A stretch of DNA of 63,619 nucleotides, taken from contig JAUCBJ010001211.1 in assembly GCA_032718475.1 (NCBI GenBank), positions 1-63,619 of the forward strand. The letters are read 5' to 3'. Each line of letters starts with the position of its first letter. Position 1 is the first letter of the stretch. The stretch is from Nemertoderma westbladi. Its lineage: Eukaryota; Animalia; Xenacoelomorpha. The translations under genes and the position numbers were made by a program. Shown here piece after piece: positions 1-13,148 of this stretch. The notes under the pieces were generated by a model. It had not been told where the DNA came from. It saw only the letters and a program-made list of their open reading frames with translations, and made no database searches.

Positions 1-250
1 GTAATATTTATTAGTTAGTACCTTATATATATCAAGTATTAACCGGATATTATTTATCTGTAACTTCTATTTATCGAGAATTAACTGATATTATTTATCA
101 GTAAATTATATTTATCGAGAATTAACTAAATAATATTCATTAGTTAGTACCTTATATTTATCAAGAATTAACTGGATATTATTTATCAGTAAACAGTGAA
201 TTATTGAGATTTAACTGTATATTATTTATTAGTAACATATATTTATACCA
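1..250. repeat. Degenerate AT-rich tandem repeat (TATTATTTATCAGTAA...TATTTATCGAGAATTAACT-like units)
   Basis: Recurring tattatttatc / tatttatcgagaattaact / agttagtaccttatat motifs. Confidence 0.6.
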
Positions 251-367
251 TACATATATCAAGTTCCTGTTTTTTGAGGGGGCTCATATATAGACCCATA
301 CGGTCAACAAATTGGTACATTTGGACCAAACTCAAAACAACGATGATTTCAGCTTTATCGGAGAGGT

Positions 368-580
368 ATGCCAATAAATCAACATGGGGAAGGAATACTT
401 ACAGATGCTTTATCTACATTAAAGAACATTAGAAAGCCATTAGCAAAAAAGGTTTTACAAAAAGCTTTACCATTTACCACAAAATTTATAAGAAAACACG
501 TAATACCAAAAGGTAAGCGGATCTTACATCAGCAGGCTAATACGGTTATCAATAAAGCATTAAATAAAATGAAACCATAG
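368..580 (+). pseudogene. Polinton basic core/PM-like protein remnant
   Basis: YRRGMPINQHGEGIL followed by a basic amphipathic helix resembles the QxGxG-motif small basic ORF found upstream of Polinton capsid genes. In-frame stops lie upstream (343-345) and at 578-580. Confidence 0.55.
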
Positions 581-709
581 ACAAGATCGGTTGTATAAAA
601 AGTTTATAGAGATTTAAAGCGACCGGCTAAACCAATGTCTATGAACATACCTCGTCATGGTAAAAATATAAAAAAAAAGGTAAACTCAACCACTGCGTAT
701 TTTTTAATA

Positions 710-1136
710 ATGTTGATTATTAGAGAATTATATTTTTTTTCTACGCCGCCAATACAAACTGAATTTAAAGCAAAGCATTATGAAACAATTTACCCTGTAT
801 CTAGCTAGTCTCAGAAGTGAGTCGCGCGAAGTAACTTTTGTTATACCGCGATCGAATGAATTTTACACAAAACTGCAAGATGCATTATTAATTACAAAAT
901 GTACTGTACGCTGGGATAGACGGTTGGAAAACTCCTACATTTATATGTTGAATTACCCCTCAGGAACTATGTGGAGTAATATTAAAATAGACCTCAATGA
1001 AAAGCAGGTTGAGAACAGCAATAACCATTATTTCTACAAGTCGTACCGGTACTTATCCAATTTACTTTTTACTACATATGAAACCAAAAATGGGCTACTG
1101 GGGGAAGGTGGCTTTCAACAGCCTTTAATCGATTAA
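710..1136 (+). pseudogene. Polinton major capsid protein (PY), frameshifted and internally deleted
   Basis: MLIIRELYFFSTPPIQTEF...YETIYPVSS, then after a CTAG duplication VTFVIPRSNEFY...MWSNIKIDLNEKQVENSNNHYFYKSY. This fits the ELDLFxxPPTQTxI...IEFxIP...Y.Y+aY N-terminus of Polinton MCPs; only ~140 codons remain. Confidence 0.8.
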
Positions 1137-1138
1137 GT

Positions 1139-3162
1139 ATGTTATCTACGGAGGACCTGGATATGTTTCCGGTGGGGGCACATTATTTGGGTGCATTTCC
1201 TTCTAATAAATTACCTAAAATAGATAGTAATTGGAGAGACTACGGGTTAACACTATTAAACCCGGGGGGGGGTCAATATGACCCCCCCCCCGTGGTTTTT
1301 TTATTATAATTCTGAAACAAACGGAGTTCGGAATCTGAAATTTTATGACTTTTCCTAAAAATCTATTGTCTTCCTAGTAGTGAAAACCGTTTTCAAAAAT
1401 ATTGGGTACTTTTCGAGTTATAGCACCATTTGTTAACCCTACTTTTGGCACTTTTTTTGAGACGTTTTTTGAAAATTACATTTCATTAAATATGAATTGT
1501 ATCATCTCTATTTTTGATTTACACCGGTTTTTTGGTGTTAGAAATTGGATGGAATTCATATAAATTGATTTAGAAATTTCAAACTTGTTTTTTTCGGTGG
1601 GTGCCAAATTTTAGTGCCAGCACCAAATTTTGAAATAAGTCAATTTTGTAAATTGATTATTTGAAACTTGTTTTTTACGCAATTGGAGTTTTTTGGGGTT
1701 CTGGATTTGATGAAATATATACGAGTTGCACCAAGCGTATGAAACTTGTATTTTTCGGTGCTGTGTGCAAATTTTGGTGCTAGCACGAAAATTTGAAAAT
1801 CCATTCAATAGATAAAATTGTTTGTGACAAATTATTTCTTGCGTTTTAGAGGTTTATGGCTGTTCTGAATTCAATGGAAAATATAATTATCGAACTAGAC
1901 ATCTCAAACTTGTATTTTTCAGATGTGGGTGCAAAATGTGGTGCTAGCACCAAATTTTGAAAATCATCAAATATATCAGTTGATTGTGTCACCTTGTTTC
2001 TTGCGTTATACGGGTTTGTGATGGTTCTGAATTCAATGAAATCAGTAAAAATTTCATAAGAGTTCTCAAACTTGTATTTTTCGCCGGTGGGTGAAAATTG
2101 TTGTGCCAGCACCAAATTTTGGAAAATATGCAAATTGATAAGTAGATAGTATCACCTTGTTTCTTGCGTTATACGGGTTTATGAGGGTCCTGAATCCGAT
2201 GGAATCAATAAAAACAGCACTGGACATCGCAAACTTGTACTTTTTGGTGATGGGTACGAAATTTGGTGCTAGCACCAAAATTTGCCAAATTACGCCGAAA
2301 AATACAAGTAGCAATGATCTGGCATATTAGAAATGTATTCCATTAGAATCAGCGCCCTCGAAAACCTGAAAATGTGAATTTATAGCATCGTATAAGTGAA
2401 TTAAAAATTTTGTGTTCTAACTGAAAAGTGCTGGTTACTTGTTTTTTTCATTTTTTTCCTACGCAGAGAGGACTAAACAGCCATTTATAGTAATCATATC
2501 ATTTTTAAATATTTTCCAATGTATTTTGCACCCCAGAAAACTTGTATTGAAAAATAATTAGCCGAAAATGTAACTTTCAAATTTTGTGAAAATTGTGCAC
2601 TACTTGTAATTTTGGTGCTGCAATATAACCACCCCAGTACATTTTTTCTAAAAAAATTTTTTTCGGTCGGATCCAGACAAGTGATACCTACGTACAAACA
2701 AAAAATCAGACGTTTTCGTAAATATTTGTAGATTTTAGAGTGGGGGGGTCAATATGACCCCCCCCCCCCCCCCCCCCCGGTATTTGTACAACATTTTATA
2801 GCCCGGTACTAATAGGGTTAATAGTAAATACAGATAAAGCGCATCTACCTGGTGTTCATTGGGTGGCTATATTATATATACGAGATAATGAAGCTGAATT
2901 ATTTAATTCATTTGGCCCAAAATATCCAAACAGATGTATCGAAAAATGGCTTGAGAAAAATTCAACAAGATGGCACACTACACATTGGCAATTTCAAGAT
3001 CCTAGAAGGACTTCCTGCGGGCTATACTGTCTTTATTACTTGGTAAATCGAATTCAAACAAAGTATCCAATGAGGGCGTTTACAAATAATGTGGAAATAA
3101 ATGAAATGATATTATATAAATGGCTTGTTAATTATTATAAAATAAACCAACAAGCGTTGTAA
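1139..3162 (+). pseudogene. Adenain-like (C5) cysteine maturation protease, join(1139..1250,2822..3162), interrupted by a piggyBac-type MITE
   Basis: Removing the MITE and one TTAA restores an open 150-aa frame: YLGAFPSNKLP...LIVNTDKAHLPGVHWVAI...FNSFG...FQDPRRTSCGLYCLYYL (His, Gln and Cys catalytic motifs). Confidence 0.9.
1251..2817. mobile_element. Non-autonomous piggyBac-type element
   Basis: TTAA TSD at 1247-1250 and 2818-2821. Imperfect TIR CACTATTAAACCCGGG / CCCGGTACTAATAGGG, subterminal GGGGGTCAATATGACCCCC palindromes, internal ~160-bp repeats. Confidence 0.9.
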
Positions 3163-3206
3163 TTAAACATTTAACTTTTGTTTATTTAAAAGCATTATTC
3201 AATATA

Positions 3207-3740
3207 ATGGATAATGTTATTTTTGTTGATTTTCAATAGTATAGCATAGACAATAAGGAATATCTGATAGTATTTAAAGAATTAGCTATATTCGATTCTA
3301 AATACAGTAAAAGTACTATAAAGATGTTTTTAATTAAAGGACCACCGGATATTAACTTATCGGCTAAACGATATTACATCTCAATTACCTTGGGATTACG
3401 TTGATATTTCGTAAAATGATTTCATAAAGTATATGAAGATACATTTAAAAAATAAATATAATATATATGTATTCGGGTTGATGAAGGCTGCAATATTAAA
3501 TACAAACTTGGCGTTTACGCTCCAAAATCGATGGACAAATTAGGAATATATCAACTATATTACAATTATTTAACTTCGTGTAGTTTTCACGACAAATTTT
3601 CTACTGTAGAAAATAAATGTAGTTTTCACAAAGATGACAATTGCTTAAATTACTGTTCTGCGAAGAGCATCGGTGGGTATGTGATGAAACGATTTTTCAT
3701 GAGATGCCGATTAACTGGGGTAGTAGATATACAGAAATAA
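3207..3740 (+). pseudogene. Polinton-associated DEDDh/DnaQ-like ORF with C-terminal Cys/His motif (stops and frameshifts)
   Basis: MDNVIFVDFQ*...IVFKELAIFD...FLIKGP...LPWDY...IYVFGLMKAAIL...CSFH...YCS pattern. Confidence 0.55.
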
Positions 3741-4767
3741 ATAACTGTGGTGAAAGATGTACAGTAGGTTTACTCTAAGCTTGTAATGTGATGGGATAAT
3801 TATAATTTAATTTTGGTGATGGTCATAATGTTAATATAAAAATATATTAAAATATAATATTTTACAACAAGTTCTCTAAAAGGAATCCATTGCGCTAGGT
3901 TAACCATACACATTTAACTACTACTACTACTAGTATCGGCATGCTGCATTGCAGCTGCATTTTTAAGAATGCTGTGCCGGTTATTAACAATATGACGTAG
4001 ACGTAATATATAGAGTTAGTATTCCAGATATTATTCTAATATAGTTAGTTGTATCACAAAACATCCTATATATCATAAACTAATAACACATACAGTAGTT
4101 ACCAGTGATATAACCTTAGTAATATTAGTCAGAAATGCAACATAATCTATACAGGGTGTAATGCGACCCTGCTGGTACTGCCGGTACTGTTAAATTCAAT
4201 AATCTGGTATAGGCCTATCGACAGCTGTCATCCGCTTTATCAGTACCGGTAGTGTTCTACTCTTCCAACACTGCAGTCGCGGTCTACAGGTATCAGATAT
4301 ACTAATCTAGTTCAATAGCATTTGTTTTTCCACCTATAAGCCTACTGCAGTCAGGCTGTACCTTGATTCTCAAAATTCTTAATTACTAACCTATCGCTAG
4401 TACATCTGAAAATGATTGCCTAATGACCTATCAGTAGTCGTCATCTGCATTACCGGTACTGTTCGATGATTAGAAAAATATATGCTTCACTACCAGTACT
4501 GGTTGTCTATTGGAAGCTGTCATGTACAGCAGTTTATTTACAATAGAATATGCTATCCACAAAATCAGTCCGTAACTTTACCGATAGACTAACAGAAGAG
4601 AATTATAATCAATAAATCTTCTAGGGTAAAAAGAAAAATCATACAAGTCAGTCAGGCATGGAGTCAGTCAGCTTGTGGGAGTCATTCTTATTCAAACGAG
4701 GTTAGTTTTCCTAACTATTGGTAGATCGATTAACAAAATAATGTTGACTTTCCACCTTCTAATTATA

Positions 4768-5313
4768 TTATACACCTAAAGTCTCAACACCAAACATTAA
4801 TAAATAATTAACCAGTTTACTAAAGATAGGATAATATACATTGAATTTTTTAAGCGGACACATTAAGGTACATTTACCCGTATAAAAGCAGCAAATGACT
4901 ACGATGTTATTTATTCTTATTTTGCAATTATTAAAAATTTCAGAGTTATAAATAATTTGAAGTTTTACATTATCAAATACAACATTAAATCCGGTATTGT
5001 TTATCAATAACCTATAGACTACAGAGTTAATACTAAAATTATAAATACATAAATTAACAGATTTTAAAATCAAATTAATATTTGTTTTATCAAATATATG
5101 CTTTTTTACTTTTTGGAAATTATACTTACTACCTAATAATGTAATTCTACCATTTTTAAATATTAATAATATTGCACCAAATATCTTATATATAAACTGA
5201 TTTGGTTTGAGTATGAGTTTACCAGATAATTGATTTTTTAATTCTTTCAAATTAATTGCTGACACTCGCTCGCAACTTATATTGTTATTAACTATCTGAT
5301 ACCGGTTGTTCAT
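4768..5313 (-). CDS. Divergent TATA-binding-protein (TBP)-fold protein, 181 aa, intronless, inside the Polinton
   Basis: Two TBP-like repeats: YQIVNNNISC...INLKEL...LLIFKNGRITLLGSK and YNSEIFNNCKIRI..VVICCFYTGKCTL...YPIF (compare TBP FKIQNMVGSC, YEPELFPGLIYR, LLIFVSGKVVLTGAK, IYPIL). Confidence 0.75.
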   Translation of the reverse strand: MNNRYQIVNNNISCERVSAINLKELKNQLSGKLILKPNQFIYKIFGAILLIFKNGRITLLGSKYNFQKVKKHIFDKTNINLILKSVNLCIYNFSINSVVYRLLINNTGFNVVFDNVKLQIIYNSEIFNNCKIRINNIVVICCFYTGKCTLMCPLKKFNVYYPIFSKLVNYLLMFGVETLGV

Positions 5314-7633
5314 TGTTTGGTTCCTGATAAATAGGTATATTGATTTGTTTTACTGGTTTTACCAGCTTTGTTTTATAGTGACCCCAGGGAAGTGAATGAT
5401 TTTTATTAACCCAATACAGCTTATCATCAAAGCTGCTGAGAGCAAACTTATCTCGTACTACAGTGTAGACTTTTGGTAATTCGCTCTGAAATAGCGAAAT
5501 TTCCTTTAGTATTTCCTCATTATCGTTATAGGCTCTTTTATAATCTTGGTGACAAATTTTTTTGTCTACAACAGCTCTTGTTATTACTTTTGCTCGTTGT
5601 ATATTCGATTTATTCCCTTCCAAAATTGAATATAACTTAGGTTGTAAAAATACAGCTTCTTTAATCTCTCATGAGCACAACTCGTCTTTACAGTAATAAA
5701 GTTTCGATTTATTCTTAACACTGTAAAGAGGATGAACCTTTGGGTAATTAGAGGTATCTAAAATATTATTACAAATTAAGGCTTTGAGGAAATCATTTTG
5801 CTAAATATTATAATAACATCCAATGAGTGAATCAGTATCTGAGGCAAGGAGTTCTAACCGACAATTTAATTCTTTCTCAATAGGCAGTAATCTATCGTAG
5901 TACAGCTCATACATATCAAGTTTCGCCAAATCCAAGACAGCACTACCTACATAAATGGGCTTATCAAGGGTTATAGTGTCTTTCACTAATAAATGACCCG
6001 ATAAGGAATTGTTATAAATTATGAAATTTTCGTGATTAATACGTTTCACCAATTGATCGCATTTCTCATTACCATTAGCAATACAGAAGTTACAACAATC
6101 TCATATCTTCTCAATTGACTTACCAAATAATGAGTTATTCAGCAGCTTTGCAACAACTGTTTCAATGTAAGTTTTTGCTAAACGTCTTTGATTAATATTA
6201 AAATCTAAATAGGGTTTAAATACAAAGTCTTGATGGAAAGAATACAATTTATGTAGCTTAGTAACAATTAAACCTTGTTTTATATAAAATTTTAAGAGTT
6301 TTAAATGTAGATGATAGAATTCTTTATCGAATTGTGTCAACATAAGTTTTGGTTTATACATCTTATATCTACCTAGATTTCATCTTTATTCGCGTAAATT
6401 ATTAAATTGGTCTCTTATATATGGTGAAAGCATTGTCTCATTTATACTCAAATGTTCCGGGGCTAAGGGTAGTTCTAATGTTCGATCATGAATATCTTTG
6501 GGATATTTCAAATCGCAAAATAAGAAAAACCCAATGTCGTCAGCTTCAGTATCAAGATTTGTTAAATACTTCATTAGTTCTTCTGGATTAGCATCCTCTA
6601 AATACGCAACATTGAGTTGTTTGAACTCTGAAATAGGTAGCTTTTTACTTAAATTACCCGAATACAAGGAATTGAAATCTATATTGAAAATATGACACCC
6701 TTCCTTGCTCGGATCATAATTATCAGTATCTGGTATATTTGATTCTATGTAATGCTTTCGACAGAATGAAACCCCTCCTCTAAAGGATGCTTCAAAATCT
6801 CTGTAAGCTTGGTAATCTTTTACTAGTTCTAAATTGCAATTATTATATTTCAGGGCGCAATCATAAGTATAGGCGGCGATACTGCAATAATAAACTACTT
6901 CTAATTCATAGTTTTGTCTACATACTCTCCTAAAGTTCTCAAATATATCAGCGAGATGACAAACATCGAGTTTTAAGTATGCTAAAAGATAATCCTTGAG
7001 ATTCAAACAGTCAAACTGACACCATGATGTGTTAGCAAAACTATACTCCTTGGGTGTACAGGTATTTTGTGTTAAGTTACTAAAGAATTTGTCTATCGAT
7101 GGTAATTTCGAATCGTTTAATTCATTTAAATCTGTCAGGTACTCGTAGGGAAATATACCTTTTCGATTATTATTATTATGTTTATGATTATTATTATTTA
7201 AATTTGGATAAAAATATTTCATTTGCTGTACAGTAATCGGTAGAACTGATGTTATATTCTCGCTGTCTATATCCTTTATTGAACAATCAACTAAGTTACT
7301 TAAAGAAAAGGTTAAAAATTGATATGTGTCTAAGACACGTAACTCGATTTTTGTTTTAGTGTTTTTAATAGGTATATGCATACTCAGTGAAATATACCTT
7401 TCTGTATTTTTTGGTATAGCTTTTAGATCCCAATCGGAATATTTGTTGCTGCAAAATCCAACTTGCAAAAGAAAATGCAAATCATATAGATTACAGTTAT
7501 GTGCAGCGAATATATACATGGGACATTTCAACAATAAAGAGTGGTTGCATGCGTTACAAGTGGCTGCTATATAGTTACCTGTAATGTGATTATGGTGTTT
7601 GTTTTTCTCAGACTTATCCTTAAATAAAACATT

Positions 7634-9529
7634 CCCAGTAAAAAATCCCCATGCGTAACGCATTCGTGCCACATGCAGCATTTGTAAAATGTGCTTGCAA
7701 TGTTATTTAAGATTCGTGAAGCCTTCGTCAATGGTTCGTCAGTCCGAATAATTTAACGAATGCGGATAGTATTCGTATCGCATGTGAGATTTCACTTGTA
7801 AATATATTCGTGGCTCATCATTCGTGGCACATGCGATACGAATGCTTCCACTCCACACAAAAAATAATTCGTGGTTCATTCGTTTGTGGCACGAATGCTT
7901 AGCCGCGCCATGCTTAAAATTATTCGTGGTCCATTCGTGACGCATGTGATACGCGTGCAAAGCATTCTCAATTAGAGTACCGTACATACTGTAATACTGG
8001 CCAATCACAATTCGGCAAATAATCGAACATAGTGTTATTAGTTAGTAGCTCTCCCCCTTTGTTACCAGTCAGCCAGTCCCATGTACTTTTACTATATATT
8101 TAATGGGTTGCCCAGTAATTCTTAACTCCCGTTTATTATTTTGGTTCCCCATTATTTTGGTATGTAAACCTGTTCCCTTTACCAACATGCTTGATATAGA
8201 CCTACTGTAATAATGTAAAGGTAATGTACTGTAGGCTAGGTGAGATAAATAATGACAACATAAAACTACTTTATTAACTTAAGGAACTACAGTATGTAGG
8301 CCTACATATAGTATGTAGGCACCCCCCATCCCCCCCCCCCCCCCCCCCCCCACCCGTAGTTTTAGCCCCTGTACAGTAGTACTCATTTCCCAAAGTTATT
8401 ACAGTAGTTTTACGTTGTCATTATTTATCTCACCTGGCCTACAGTACAGTACCAATATATATTATAAAGCATGTGGCATTTTTATTAAATTGTACGTGTG
8501 TATGGTGATATTTTCACACCCTTTTTCTTAGGCCTCCAGGTCGAATTTGTTTAATACGCTATAAAACGCCATTAGAAAGTCTACTGATATACTGTAGCAG
8601 TTAATTACCGGTGACTGCTACAGTAGGCCCTACAATTACAGTATTAATGGTAAAAAAATCTTACAGACGAAATACATCAAAGGCATACATTTTATAACAG
8701 TATGAGATGCATCAACATAATTTCAATGTTTTTTTTACTATATTCTAGAATATTAATTCGCTTTTTTTCGATAATAAGTAATAAAATATATATAAAATAA
8801 TAATGAAAATATATATAATAACAAAATAATATAATAACAAAATAATATAATAACAAAATAATATAATAACAAAATAATATAATATAATAATAAAATAATA
8901 TAATAATAAAATATCATAAAAAATAAACCATCAATAATAATTAAAAAGATTAATTAAATTAATTAAAAGCTTGAAATTAATATTCTAGATAATAAAATCA
9001 TCAGAACTATAACGATTTACGTCTGAAATTGCGTGCTCTTGAATTATATCTGAACAATTTTTGGGGAAATTGAAAATGGCTTTCATATTTGATTCAGAAT
9101 ATCAAGTATATTTTTAAAAAATACAATAAAATAGACACGTTTTAACAATTGTAAACTGTTAAAACTATGTAAACTGTAGCGAAATAATAAAAAAAATAAA
9201 AATCCTGCGGTAAACATTCGTATAACATTCATAAAACATTCGTAATGCATTCGTATAGTGTGGGAAACATTCGTATATAACATGCGGGGGGACGCATTCG
9301 TATAGTGTGCGGGGAAACATTCGTATAAGATTAGGGATGCATTCGTAGAATGTGCGGGATTCGAATAAGGTTCGTATTAGATTCGATTTGTGAATAAAGG
9401 ATGCATGTGTATTTGGTTCGGTTTTCGCATTCGTATCGCATGGTTCATCTATGTAACATTTCAGAATGCGTTACGAATGCATGAAATATGTGCCATCCCA
9501 TGCGTTACGAATGCGGATTTTTTACTGGG
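7634..9529. mobile_element. Non-autonomous CACTA/EnSpm-type element inserted in pPolB
   Basis: TIR CCCAGTAAAAAATCC / GGATTTTTTACTGGG, 2-bp TSD TT, many subterminal ATTCGT motifs. Excision restores FYCNVL. Confidence 0.8.
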
Positions 9530-10046
9530 TTGCAATAAAAACAAGTTTTAGCCTTCCAAAAACTTAACATATCTACATCATTTAGTATCACTTTTTCGTG
9601 TGTATGATCTTCCGACCACAAATATATTTGGATAATATCATTATGTAGAGAGTCTAAAAAGTCTTGAATACAGTTAATATCATCCGTCTTTGTAAAGGTT
9701 TTCAAATAATATTTTGGTGAATCGATTAATTCACTACTAGGGATAACTAAATAACTTATGGCGCAGGGAATATGCTTCTGACTAAATTTACTGTTGCAGA
9801 CTGGCTCCAAAATAGATTCTATGTCAAAATATATTACAAACAATGCCGGAAATGTTCTGTCTAAATTTCTAAAGCTAATATGTGTTATTTTTCAGATGGT
9901 AGCTTCTCAACTTGACCCAAACCTTGATAACAAGCAAGATAGTGATGTTCTAGAATATCCTTGCTGTAGAAATGAGTTAAACACCTTTTGCAATATTTCC
10001 TACATCCAATATGCTTACCTCTTGTATCCATCAACCGATTCAGGTT

Positions 10047-12608
10047 GATAGCCAGATAGTTACAGATAAGAATGGAGTCACTAAAACTGTGAAGGAGTTT
10101 CTGTTGGACAAACATCCCCCTGCAGAAACAGCAGACAATACGACATTGCTGGAGGGATTTGATCGGGCACCTGAGTTCCATGGAGTTATATTCGAGAAGA
10201 TTGACGCCCAGTTGGTTCTCACTAGCCTCCTTCATATTAACGGGAATGCTGCTGGCCCTTCAGGTCTCAACATCCAGGGATGGAAGTACATTACCACCCG
10301 ATTCCGGGGAGCCTCTTCTGAGCTATGTTCAAGCATCGCCATGGCAGCGAGAAAGGTTGCCCAAACACCAATTGGCTCTGGTCGTCTCATCGTTACTCTC
10401 GGCTCGCCTGGTTGCTATAGATAAGTGCCCGGGCATCAGGCCGATTGGCATAGGGGAGGTACTCCGACGCATTATTGGAAAGTCAATCATTGCGAGCGTC
10501 TCGGATGATCTACAGACTGTTGGTGGCTCAGTACAGTTATGTTGTGGGCAGAAAGCGGGGATTGAACAGAACACGCCGACATAGTCTAAATGATGCGTTT
10601 GACAGCGACGGGTGCGAGGCGGTTCTACAAGTGGACGCAAATAATGCGTTTAATTCATTAAACCGCAGCGCTGCGACACACAATATCGGCATCGTTTGTC
10701 CTTCCCTTAAGACTGCGGTTTCCAACTGCTACGCCCAGCCAACTAAACTGTTTATTGGGGGCGAGTTTATATACTCGTCTGAGGGTTATACCCAGGGCGA
10801 CCCTCTCACCATGCCGAGCTACGCCGTTGGGACGATCCCGCTGTTAGATGAGCTGGAGGAAGCGTCCAGCGTGAACCAGAAGTGGTATGCGGACGATGGG
10901 AATGTGGCCGGAACGCTGTCTGAGCTCCGGAAATGGTGGGATGTAGTAGCTGCGCGGGGTCCTTTATACGGGTACTTTCCAACGAAATCCTCCTCGTAAA
11001 GCCAGAGTTTCTCGGAGAAGCAGAGTCCCTATTCCCGGAACCCTACTTTACGATCGAGGTCCGTGGGTGCCGACTTCTCGGCGGCGCCGTCGGCACTGAA
11101 GAGTTCCGACAGGAGTTCATCGACGCCAAGGTTACCGAGTTTATCCGACAGGTGGAGCATCTCGAAGGAATAGCTGCCATTGACCCGCACTGCGTATACG
11201 CGGGCCTCGCGATTGGGTTGTCGGCGCGTTGGAGATACATATCGTGCGTTATTCCACAGTCTACGGATCGGTTCGGAGATCTCGAGGCTGCCATCGAGAA
11301 GTGTCTTGCGTCGTTAGCGGGGCAGCCTGCCATCACTCCTGTGGAACAGAAACTCTGTTCGCTCCCGGTGCGCCTTGGAGGTTTAGCGATCCCGCTTCCG
11401 TCCGACCTAGAAGAGCAATATAGTAATTCTAGATTGTTATGTGCGCCATTTAACAAGGGGGGTAACATAAAAGAAAGAGCGGAACTGCAAAAAGAGGCTA
11501 CTAACCTTATTAGGATCCGGGAAACCGCCAACCTGAAGAAGAAGGTCGAGGAGGTTCATTTAGGACTCAATCGGGACCAACAATACCTACGGGAGCTGAC
11601 ATCCGAGAAGGGCGCTTCGTCCTGGCTAAACTCTCGCCCGGTGACGATCTACAACACTCACCTAGGTAAGCAGGAGTTCCGCGACGCTCTATGCCTACAC
11701 TATGGTTGGCAACCGAGACTTCTTCCGGCCCGGTGCGCCTGTGGGACACGATTTTCAGTAAATCACGCTATGTCGTGTCCTACAGGCGGCTATCCGTCTA
11801 TTCGCCACAATGAAGTCCGCGATTTCTTTGCCACTACACTAACCGAAGTAGCGCATAACGTCACGGTTGAACCTCATTTGCAGCCAGTCACCGGTGAGCA
11901 GTTCATCCAACATTCCACTTCCACCGACGACCAAGCCCGCCTCGATGTGTCCGTCTGCGGTTTCTGGGGTTCCAAGTATCAGAAGATATTCCTGGATGTC
12001 TCCATCTTCAACCCCCTAGCCCCCACGAATGCTGCAATGCCTCTCGCCGACGCCCACCTCCATCACGAGGCCCGCAAGCGTAATCTTTATGACGAGCGGA
12101 TTCGTGAAATTGAGTTGGCGACATTTACACCGCTCATATTCTCGGCGTATGGTGGCTTCTCGCCAACCACGTCTCAGTTCGTGAAGCGACTCGGGATATT
12201 ACTCTCCGAGAAGCGTGAGGCACCATACTCCGAGTGTATTCGTTGGATCCGCCGTGAATTGAGTTTCGCACTCCTCCGCGCGGGTTTAATGTGTCTGCGG
12301 GGTGCGCGTTCTGCACGGAATCGACCGGTACGCTGCGAGACTCCGATACAGATGTCCAACTCGGACACCGACACGTCGCCATACCCATAGGCGACTAAAT
12401 ATAAAAAAACCTGTCTGCATGTCCAGGTTTTGAACTGCGCATCACGATTCTATTAGGCCTAATTTTAGTAATATACTGGTATTTTTATGTAGGCCTATAG
12501 TGTTATTGTTTATACTTGTTACCTAGGCTACGTCAGCTGGTGGTGGGACAATGTTTGTTTTTATATATTATATATATTGATATTAAAATGGAATGTAATA
12601 AAAAAAAA
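10047..12608 (+). mobile_element. 5'-truncated CRE-clade non-LTR retrotransposon (RT plus restriction-like endonuclease), frameshifted
   Basis: IRPIGIGEVLRR, DANNAFNSL, QGDPL, YADD, LPVRLGGL, CACG..HAMSC..GG..RHN, RLDV, HEARKRNLY. Poly(A) tail; TSD TCAGGTT at 10040-10046 and 12609-12615. Confidence 0.9.
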
Positions 12609-13148
12609 TCAGGTTAGTTATACAAACATAATGATTTTGTTTACATGTATTCTTATTTTTTACAAGTAATATATTCAATAACTCTTTATCTGGAGTAATT
12701 TTACCAAATGGTGCCTGTCTTAATATAGATACTCGATTGTTATCCCAGAGTAATAAATTGATTATATATTTTGAATTTTGTTTTTCAAAAAGTTTAATCG
12801 CTAGCTGCCATTCTATTGGATAATCTTTGTTCCCATTGTCAAAAACGAAATGTAATCTGTGTACTGTGATATATGGTTGTGGTTTATCTTCACTTTGCTA
12901 CTAAATTTTGAGGTTATAATAGCCCATTTGAAACAGTCATTATCAGCCGTTTACACATTTATAATAAATTTTTTAGCCGATAGAGCCTTAGGTAACTCTA
13001 TATAACTGTGACCTTTATATTCCAGTGACTTAAAATTGGATTCGGCTACTTTAATTTCCACTCTTAATAAAGATTTAATGCGCCACCCTGAGCCTCGTAT
13101 GTTAAACATAGCTATTTTTTGTAATAAATTTTCCAGTACATACTCAAA

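Noticed and set aside
1611-2697. Short ORFs inside the piggyBac-type MITE
   Set aside because: They arise from internal repeats and have no transposase motifs.
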